A stretch of 64,000 nt of DNA from Chthoniobacter flavus (lineage in GTDB: Bacteria; Verrucomicrobiota; Verrucomicrobiia; Chthoniobacterales; Chthoniobacteraceae): assembly GCA_945861435.1 (NCBI GenBank), contig CAMAUX010000010.1, positions 36,484 to 100,483 of the forward strand. The letters run 5' to 3'. Shown here one piece after another: positions 37,989 through 45,107 of the stretch. How positions within the stretch are numbered: the first letter of the stretch is position 1; each line of letters opens with the position of its first letter. Below the pieces are notes generated by a model that did not search any database, was not told the DNA's origin, and saw only the letters and a list, made by a program, of their open reading frames with translations. Both the position numbers and the translations under genes were made by a program.

Positions 37989-39320
37989 ATGTCCTCCACT
38001 CCCCTTTCTTTCTGCGACGGAATGCGGCGCCGCGATTTTCTGCGGGTCGGCAGCGCGGGTCTCCTTGGGATGAACCTTTCGCTGGCTGGATTGCTTGGAA
38101 GCCGCGCGCACGGTGCGAATCCGTCGGTGGATCCCTCGTTCATCTACCTCTTTCTGCAAGGTGGGCTGAGCACGATCGACACGTTTGATCTCAAGCCCGA
38201 GGCGCCCAGCTCCGTGCGTGGCATCTTCAATCCCATCCGGACCAAGGTGCCAGGAATCCACATCTGCGAGCATCTGCCGTTGCTCGCGGGACAGACCGAT
38301 AAGTTTTCCCTGATCCGTTCGTTCACGCACAACGACGCCGGACACGGCGCTGCGGATCATCACATGCTCACGGGCTACCATCCGAACGCGGCGTTCAATG
38401 CGGGCCTGTCGCCCAACAACCAGCATCCCTCCTTCGGCTCGGTAATCGGCCAGCGCCTTGGCGCGCGCGGCGCCGTCCCGCCTTATGTGTGTCTGCCCGG
38501 AATGCATCCCAGTGCCAGTGCCGCCTATCTCGGCCCCAGCGCAGTGCCCTTTGTGATTGAAACCGATCCGAATTCGCCGGCCTTCGAGATCCCCGACATG
38601 CAGCCGCCTCTCAACGTCGATGCGGAGCGCATCGCCGACCGCCGCGCGCTCCTCGCCCGCGTGGACCGTTTCCAGCAGGCTGCTGAACTTCAGGTGAATG
38701 GAGCGGCCTCCGAGAGGCGCGTGTTTGCGGAGCGCGCGGTTTCGCTGATGACCTCGAAAGAGGCCAAGGACGCATTCGACATTCACCGGGAGGCGCCAAA
38801 AACGCGCGATGCCTATGGTCGCACGACGCTCGGCCAGAGCTGTCTGATGGCCCGCCGTCTTGTGGAAGCGGGCGTGCGCTGCGTCACCATCAACCATCAG
38901 AATTGGGACACGCACTCGAACGGATTCGCCACATTGAAGGACGATCTCCTCCCCAAACTGGATCTCGCACTTTCCGCCCTTTTGTCCGACCTCGCCGCGC
39001 GCGGAATGCTGCGCAGCACCGTGGTGGTCGTCACGGGCGAGTTCGGCCGCACGCCCAAGATCAACAAGGACGCCGGGCGCGACCATTGGAGCCGCTGTTT
39101 CACCGTGGCGGTGGCTGGTGGCGGCATTCAGGGCGGACGCGTGATTGGCAAAAGCGACGAGCAGGCGTCCGATCCGGCCGAGGCGCCTTTCGGCCCCGAG
39201 GACCTTGCTGCCACGGTTTACCATCTCATGGGCGTTCCCCCGCACGAGGAGATGCGGACGCAGGAAGGCCGTCCGGTGATGCTCACCAACTCGGGCCGTG
39301 TCATCCGAGACTTGCTCTGA
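37989..39320 (+). CDS. DUF1501 domain protein with Tat signal
   Basis: I prefer the ATG at 37989 (MSSTPLSFCDGMRRRDFLRVGSAGLLG). The blocks FIYLFLQGGLSTIDTFDLKPEAP and GRDHWSRCFTVAVAGGGIQGG are present. It is a paralogue of 15722-17149. Confidence 0.9.
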   Translation: MSSTPLSFCDGMRRRDFLRVGSAGLLGMNLSLAGLLGSRAHGANPSVDPSFIYLFLQGGLSTIDTFDLKPEAPSSVRGIFNPIRTKVPGIHICEHLPLLAGQTDKFSLIRSFTHNDAGHGAADHHMLTGYHPNAAFNAGLSPNNQHPSFGSVIGQRLGARGAVPPYVCLPGMHPSASAAYLGPSAVPFVIETDPNSPAFEIPDMQPPLNVDAERIADRRALLARVDRFQQAAELQVNGAASERRVFAERAVSLMTSKEAKDAFDIHREAPKTRDAYGRTTLGQSCLMARRLVEAGVRCVTINHQNWDTHSNGFATLKDDLLPKLDLALSALLSDLAARGMLRSTVVVVTGEFGRTPKINKDAGRDHWSRCFTVAVAGGGIQGGRVIGKSDEQASDPAEAPFGPEDLAATVYHLMGVPPHEEMRTQEGRPVMLTNSGRVIRDLL

Positions 39321-39327
39321 GGCCCCC

Positions 39328-41757
39328 ATGAATGCATCTGCCGCGCGGAGCATGAGGTTCCTCACCGCCGCTCTTTCTCTCGCTCTCTTCCCGGGCCTGC
39401 GCGTGGGCGCGGAACCGCCGGGCATCGCCTATCTCTTTCCTGCGGGTGCACAGCGCGGAACCTCCGTGGAGGCGCGCGTGGGCGGTTATTACTTCCACAA
39501 AGATGCCCGGATCCATCTGAGCGACGGGGGCCTCCATGCAGAGCCGCAGTTGGAGGAGATCGACACGGTCTTTTTCAACGGGCCCCTTGTGATGAAGCCC
39601 GCCTCACAGCAGCGCGAAGATTATCCCAAGGATTACCGCGCGCGCATTGTTGTGGGAAGCGATGCAGCGTTGGGAATCCGCTCCTGGTCTTGCTCCACCG
39701 TGCAGGGCGTCACCGCGGGAATGAAGTTCGTGGTGGGAGATCTGCCAGAAATCGTCGAAGACGAAATCGAGGGGCCGCAGGACCCGGTTGTCGTCTCGCT
39801 GCCCGTCACCATCAACGGGCGGGTGTTCCCGAGGGAGGACCTGGATGACTGGAGTTTCGTGCTCCGCGCGGGCACCCGCGTCACCTGTGAGATCCAGACG
39901 CGTGGATTCGGCTCACCTCTCCAGTCTGTCATGGAGCTTTTCGGTCCCGACGGAAAATCGATCACCGCTGTGGAATCGAGCGTCTCCCGTGCAGGAGATC
40001 CGGCGCTCGTCTTTGTGGCAGCGAACTCCGGAGCCTACCGCGTGAGGGTGCGGGAGGTGGCGTTTGGAGGGGGACAGGCGCACGTCTATCGACTTTCACT
40101 TTATGAAGGCGGACGGGTGCAAGCCGTGTTCCCGTTGGGGGCGAGAACCGGCGAGGAGGTGATTCTCAAGGTGCATCAGGCGGGATCAGAAAAGCCCGTG
40201 GAGCGTACCGTGCGCGCCCCTGCCACTTCCGGCGTGCATGCGATCGAGATCCCGCGTCAGCCGCGCGGGTGCAGCGGAGTCGTCTTTGATGTCTCCGATT
40301 TGTCTGAGGCCGTGCGGTGGTCTGCAACGGAGGTGTCTGGATTGAAGGACGGCTTTGCTCCAGTTCCAGGGGTTCTCAACGGATGCATTGCGAGTCCGGG
40401 CGAGACGCACGAGTGGCGCCTGCGCCTCGAACCCAACAGCATCCTGCGCGCTGAAGTGATTGCGTCCGCTCTCGGCAGCCGTCTGGATTCTGTGCTCACC
40501 CTCGTTGATGGGCAGGGGCGCGAGGTTGCAAAAAACGACGATGCGGTGGACGGTCGTCCGGACTCCTCCCTGCAATACAGCGCGGCAAAAGGGGGCGAGT
40601 TCAGCCTTCGCATCAGCGAACGGTTTGCAAGGCGTGGCGGCGTCGATTTCGGTTACCGGCTCCGGGTGAGATTGGAGACCGCGAACGAGTTTCAGCTGCG
40701 TCTCGCATCAGACTTTTTCAACGCCGTCCGCGCCAGTGGAGAACCCGCTGGATCCGGTGGCAAGCCGCCTCCGAAGCCGCCGGGCCTCAAGGTTGAACTG
40801 GTCGGGACGAGCGGATTGCCGAAGGAGATTCGGTTGGAAATCGCCGGACTTCCCGATGGCGTGGACTTCGAGCCGAAGGCGATTCCACCAAAGGCCAAGT
40901 CGGTGGATCTACGTTTCAGCGCCGGCGAAAAGGCTGCGTTGGGTGCTTATCCCATCCGCATCAGCGGGACGTTCGGTGAAGGGGACGCGGCACTGCGTCG
41001 CACGGCTGGATTTGCCGGTGCCGTGGGCGCGCAGGACCCGACAGCAGTGCGTCTGGCGGTGGTGCCGCACGTGCCGTTCCGGTTCGTGGGGGAATACTGG
41101 GTGACGAACGACCAGCCTGCCGGCACCAGCATGCGGCGCACTTATCGCATCGAACGCGGAGGATACGAGGGGCCGCTGCGCGTGATGCTTTCCGACAAGC
41201 AGATCCGCTGTCTGCAACGGCTCACGGCCAGACCCATCGACGTCGCACCGGGGGCGGACAGTTTTGAATTCACCGTGGATTATCCGACGGAGGTGCAGCT
41301 GGGATGGACCAGCCGCGTCCAGCTCATGTTGGTGGGGACCTTCCGCGATGAGGAAGGAAGGGAGCGCCCCATCAGCTACACGTCCTTCGACGTGGATGAT
41401 CAGATGATCTCCGTCGTTGCGGCGGGCTTGCTTGGGGTCAGCCTTGAGCGCGCCTCCTTTCCGGCTACTCCGGGAACCGTGGAGATTCCGGTGCGCGTGC
41501 GTCGTCATGAGATGCTGAGCAACATCGCGGTGCGTCTGGGATTGCGGGTGCCTCCGCACATCAAGGGTGTGCATGCATCGGAGGTATGTCTCGGTCCCGC
41601 CGAGAGCGAGGGGGTTTTACGCGCGCGTCTGGATCCCGGGGCAGGCCCCTTCAACATCCCCATGGAGATCGTCGCCACGACAATCCCCGGCGGGCCTGCG
41701 CAAGCCCCGCACACAGCGGCCCTGCCGATTGAATTTATTCAAGCAGCGGGACGCTGA
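39328..41757 (+). CDS. secreted protein with two pre-peptidase C-terminal (PPC)-like domains
   Basis: The ATG at 39328 lies 8 nt after the DUF1501 stop, and the protein starts with a signal peptide (MRFLTAALSLALFPGLRVGA). Two PPC-like modules are visible: DLDDWSFVLRAGTRVTCEI...AYRVRV and GETHEWRLRLEPNSILRAEV...EFSLRISE. The large C-terminal part is unassigned. Confidence 0.7.
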   Translation: MNASAARSMRFLTAALSLALFPGLRVGAEPPGIAYLFPAGAQRGTSVEARVGGYYFHKDARIHLSDGGLHAEPQLEEIDTVFFNGPLVMKPASQQREDYPKDYRARIVVGSDAALGIRSWSCSTVQGVTAGMKFVVGDLPEIVEDEIEGPQDPVVVSLPVTINGRVFPREDLDDWSFVLRAGTRVTCEIQTRGFGSPLQSVMELFGPDGKSITAVESSVSRAGDPALVFVAANSGAYRVRVREVAFGGGQAHVYRLSLYEGGRVQAVFPLGARTGEEVILKVHQAGSEKPVERTVRAPATSGVHAIEIPRQPRGCSGVVFDVSDLSEAVRWSATEVSGLKDGFAPVPGVLNGCIASPGETHEWRLRLEPNSILRAEVIASALGSRLDSVLTLVDGQGREVAKNDDAVDGRPDSSLQYSAAKGGEFSLRISERFARRGGVDFGYRLRVRLETANEFQLRLASDFFNAVRASGEPAGSGGKPPPKPPGLKVELVGTSGLPKEIRLEIAGLPDGVDFEPKAIPPKAKSVDLRFSAGEKAALGAYPIRISGTFGEGDAALRRTAGFAGAVGAQDPTAVRLAVVPHVPFRFVGEYWVTNDQPAGTSMRRTYRIERGGYEGPLRVMLSDKQIRCLQRLTARPIDVAPGADSFEFTVDYPTEVQLGWTSRVQLMLVGTFRDEEGRERPISYTSFDVDDQMISVVAAGLLGVSLERASFPATPGTVEIPVRVRRHEMLSNIAVRLGLRVPPHIKGVHASEVCLGPAESEGVLRARLDPGAGPFNIPMEIVATTIPGGPAQAPHTAALPIEFIQAAGR

Positions 41758-41997
41758 CCCGGCGGCGCGCTCGACAACGGCGAACTGAACGAACTCCCGC
41801 TCGACGAAGGTGTGTTCCGTGAGGTCGGCCCAGTCCTGCGCGGTGAACTCCACGGCGAGTTTGCTGCTCGGGGCCATTCGTTTGCGACTCATCGTGGCAG
41901 GCGCATGGAGGGCCTCAACGACCCGTGCGAGCGCCGAGTGGTTTCGGGTTGGAAGACCAGAGCTGAACCGATCATCCCCGTTCGCGCCAGCGCATGA

Positions 41998-42263
41998 TCA
42001 CGCCCACGGCCTGTCTGGTTTCTTTGCATACCACTGAATCAATCCGCAGGTTTCGCAAACAACGCCGTACCGGATTTGTCGATCCAGTTGAGATGGGCGA
42101 ACGTGGCGACGGTTGTGTTGAGCAGAGCTTCCTGCGCTTGGAATGTCTCCCCCTTGCAGTGCGTGCAACGAACCGGGATGCCTGCGGCCTGCTAACGAGC
42201 CGGTTCAAACGATTTCGCGAAGCCCTCGGCTCCGGCTTTTAATGCGCGGACAATCCTTTTCAT
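41998..42263 (-). pseudogene. disrupted small double-CxxC zinc-ribbon gene (in-frame TAG plus frameshift)
   Basis: My own translation from ATG 42263 gives MKRIVRALKAGAEGFAKSFEPAR-TAG(42192-42194)-QAAGIPVRCTHCKGETFQAQEALLNTTVATFAHLNWIDKSGTAL. The sensible continuation CETCGLIQWYAKKPDRPWA-stop (41998) is in another frame, with the shift near 42055-42065. Confidence 0.5.
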
Positions 42264-42375
42264 CAATGCCTTCAAAATCAGCCCGAGCTCAGGCAAGGCG
42301 GCGACGGGGGGCGGCGATGACAACTGCGAAGGCCCATGGCCGTTCGGTCCAGCGCATGGTGAGGCTCTTCCTGGC

Positions 42376-42792
42376 TCATGAGTAAAGGTGTCGTCCCATA
42401 CTCACCATGTCGTTGCGAGTGAAACCGAGCCGCTCGTAAAAGGCGCATGCAGAAACGTTGTCAGTGCTGACGAACAAGTTGAGTTTCGGGCATCCGCGCT
42501 CGTGAAGGATATCCTGTAGATGCGCAACGATGGCGCGGCCGTAGCCGTTGCGTTGGTGCTCGGGAGCAACCGCCAAGTAATAGAGGTAACCTCTGTGCCC
42601 GTCGTAGCCTGCCATGCCCGACGCGACAATCACGGAGTCCAGCGTGCCGACGAGAAACAGTTCTGGTTGCACGGCGAGTTTACGGTGGATATCCGCCAGC
42701 GGATTGCTGTCGGCCGAGACCAACTGACAGCGCGTCCAAAGGGCGAGGACGGCAGTCTCATCTTTGGGTTGGTATGCCCGGATTTCAAACAT
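42376..42792 (-). CDS. GNAT N-acetyltransferase, YpeA-like
   Basis: 138 aa. MFEIRAYQPKDETAVLALWTRC...GYDGHRGYLYYLAVAPEHQRNGYGRAIV...GCPKLNLFV...YERLGF parallels E. coli YpeA along its whole length. Confidence 0.85.
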   Translation of the reverse strand: MFEIRAYQPKDETAVLALWTRCQLVSADSNPLADIHRKLAVQPELFLVGTLDSVIVASGMAGYDGHRGYLYYLAVAPEHQRNGYGRAIVAHLQDILHERGCPKLNLFVSTDNVSACAFYERLGFTRNDMVSMGRHLYS

Positions 42793-42820
42793 GCGGGGAA
42801 TTGCCTAACGTGCCCCAATC

Positions 42821-43378
42821 TCAGCGACGGTCATTCGGATGGAAGCTTTTAGCCATCCGCACCACGGGGAGCGTGAGGCTGTCGGAAAGCGGAACCTCGT
42901 AACGCTCGGCAACGGTGTAACCGAACGACGCATAAAGCGGCTCGCCTGCGAGCGTGGCGACAAGAACGGCATCGCGGAAGCCGGCGGCGCAGATAGCCGA
43001 TTCGCAGGCGGAAAGAATGCAGCGACCAATGCCGCGACGCGCCCAATCGGGGTGAACGAAGAAGGCGCGGATGCGAGCCGGATCGTGTGCTGGGTCGAGA
43101 GCGGCGTCGGCTGCGAGCCGTGCGCGTTCGCCGCCGAAGACTGCGCTGCGACGACTCCAGCCGCCACAACCAACGACGTGGCCGGAGTGCTCGACGACGA
43201 AGTAAGTGCCATCGGCGATCAGTTGGCGGTCCACGCCGAAGACGGGGCCAAGTGCTGCATCCATCTGCGCGGACGAATAGAACGGAGCCTGCAAAGCACG
43301 TACGGAAAGCGGAATGAGAACCTCCAAAATCTGGATGTCGCTCTCTCTCGCAAGACGTATTGAAAAGGCTTCAGTCAC
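42821..43378 (-). CDS. GNAT family N-acetyltransferase
   Basis: 185 aa. The acetyl-CoA binding block FFVHPDWARRGIGRCIL and the overall GNAT layout are present. Confidence 0.8.
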   Translation of the reverse strand: MTEAFSIRLARESDIQILEVLIPLSVRALQAPFYSSAQMDAALGPVFGVDRQLIADGTYFVVEHSGHVVGCGGWSRRSAVFGGERARLAADAALDPAHDPARIRAFFVHPDWARRGIGRCILSACESAICAAGFRDAVLVATLAGEPLYASFGYTVAERYEVPLSDSLTLPVVRMAKSFHPNDRR

Positions 43379-43485
43379 GCGGGGTGGTCCGCAGCAGCCA
43401 GCGTGACGCCCGGAGCATTTCGCTGCAGCGCTTTGTTAGCCGTTGCGGGTGTTGGGAGAAAGGTCATCAGGGTTGGCATGCCTCG

Positions 43486-44115
43486 TTACTCTCCGGGCTT
43501 CGGTAAATCGGCTGGAAGGTTCTGTAGCCGCTCAATGCTGCGCAGTTCGGTTCGAATGCGTTCCTTGCCGTCCTTGCCTAGCAGAACACACTTCGATGGG
43601 ACTCTGGTTCCATCCACTTCGACGGGGTTGGAAAACGTGAAAACCTGCGCGCGCCAGTCGATGCGCACCAAATCTTCAGTGTTTGCGTCAAAGAAGGCGG
43701 TGATTGAGGGTTCAATCGTGCCGCTGACCCTGAGGCCGTGTGCCAGCTTTCCTTCGACGTCTATATCCGGGACGATTTCGAGCTTGGTGTTCGGGTCGAT
43801 GAGTGGAGCCAGTGTCCACATCCATATATCTTGGCATACCGAGCCTTTGCCGCTGTTGGAAACCCGCTCAGTCTTGCCGACATACCAGAGGTTCGGCGGT
43901 TGAATCATTGAGGTTCTGTCGGTGCCCTTCTTTGTCAGGTCGCCGCCCATGTAATACGTCTCGGAAAACTTGAAAATACGCAGGAGCTTGTCTGCTCCGC
44001 CATGATTGGAGACGATTTGGTGAGCATAAGCTTTTGCGTCGAGCGGTTGCTCTCCAAAAGCCGGGGGTAAAAGTGAGATAAATGCGAACGCGGCAAGGAT
44101 GACGGGTGTTTTCAT
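43486..44115 (-). CDS. hypothetical secreted protein (A/T-richer gene)
   Basis: I prefer the ATG at 44115 (MKTPVILAAFAFISLLPPAFGEQ signal peptide). There are no recognisable motifs. The base composition is visibly less G+C-rich than the flanks. Confidence 0.6.
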   Translation of the reverse strand: MKTPVILAAFAFISLLPPAFGEQPLDAKAYAHQIVSNHGGADKLLRIFKFSETYYMGGDLTKKGTDRTSMIQPPNLWYVGKTERVSNSGKGSVCQDIWMWTLAPLIDPNTKLEIVPDIDVEGKLAHGLRVSGTIEPSITAFFDANTEDLVRIDWRAQVFTFSNPVEVDGTRVPSKCVLLGKDGKERIRTELRSIERLQNLPADLPKPGE

Positions 44116-44238
44116 GGTGAGAAACTGAGCGATGGCAAACGTCAAAGATGAGCCACGAGCGCGGCCGGCGCGACTCCTGCGCCAGCAGGAGGCGTGACGG
44201 ACGTGATCATTAGCTCTAGCGCCTTGTTGGGCCTTTTT

Positions 44239-44529
44239 TCATTTCGGTGACTGTGGCTCCTGCGGGTCGGAGGATGCAGGAATGAAACGATAATCCTTCT
44301 TCGCGTCGAAATCGAAACGACCGAGATACTCTCGCTTCTTCCGTGTGGTCGCGGCTAACGGGCGGGAAAACTGCACACCGCCGATGTCCTTCACTTCAAG
44401 ACTCCCGCGGTCAGCAGCGACCACAACCCACGCGTAACCTCCGGTGTCTGGAAAGATCTCTTTCTTCTCAACTTTGCCATCACCCTCAACCTCAAGAAAC
44501 CGCTTATACTCCGCTAGCAGCCCGTCGGA
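44239..44529 (-). pseudogene. possible gene remnant (open frame without a usable start)
   Basis: The frame is open from the TAG at 44530-44532 down to the stop at 44239, but the first ATG/GTG/TTG is the GTG at 44424, leaving 35 upstream codons without a start. It lies in a decayed, A/T-richer patch. Confidence 0.3.
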
Positions 44530-44612
44530 CTAAGGCCATTTTTGAGCGAAATCACCAATTTTTTACCATCAAATCACCTTGCCTGAAAATTAGAGGTGCC
44601 TTAACGGGCATT

Positions 44613-44801
44613 TTAGAGCGTTGATTTTAGTACGCATACGTAAGTCCGACAGGCTCCTAGGAATGGGTGCATGTGCTTCAAGCCGACGCGAACAGTGAGG
44701 CCCTCGACCTTCGTCTCGGCGACGTAGTCATATTGAGCTCCACAACCGGAGACGACTAACAAACACAAGAGGAAGGTGGCCGACTTCATTTTGCCCAACA
44801 T
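44613..44801 (-). CDS. small putative lipoprotein (possibly truncated)
   Basis: MKSATFLLCLLVVSGCGAQ is a lipoprotein signal with a VSGC lipobox, and only ~40 residues follow. This is a weak call. Confidence 0.35.
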   Translation of the reverse strand: MLGKMKSATFLLCLLVVSGCGAQYDYVAETKVEGLTVRVGLKHMHPFLGACRTYVCVLKSTL

Positions 44802-45107
44802 GTATTAGGCGGCCGCCGCGGAAATGTGCGGTTGCCGCAGTTGGGAGTTCATGGTGCAAGTCGTATGACAGGGTTCAGGCTGGCCGCGAGTTGAAAGCGG
44901 CGGACGATGCCGCGCCCCATCCGCCACGCGATGGCGCCCCATGGGGAAGGATTCACACTGCGCATTCCCGCCGGGGAACCGGATGCATGGCTCCCAGCGC
45001 GCTTGCTGCGGGCGTTGCGCCGCGGGCCGGCGTTCCATCGCACGGCATGCACGTCCGCTCTGCGGCAGGATTTGCCATGCCGCCCTTGGAGGGTGGAGAC
45101 TGCGGGC

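Noticed and set aside
41617-41892. 91-aa minus-strand ORF downstream of the zinc-ribbon pseudogene
   Set aside because: Only its first ~45 codons lie in intergenic DNA. The rest runs antisense through the last 140 nt of the convergent PPC-domain gene. It is most likely a truncated remnant whose frame stays open by chance.
42376-43378. Two adjacent GNAT genes as a GNAT-toxin/antitoxin (TacT/AtaT-like) module
   Set aside because: No small RHH/DUF1778-type antitoxin ORF precedes either gene. One is a full-length YpeA-type enzyme and the other a generic GNAT, so housekeeping-type acetyltransferases are more likely.
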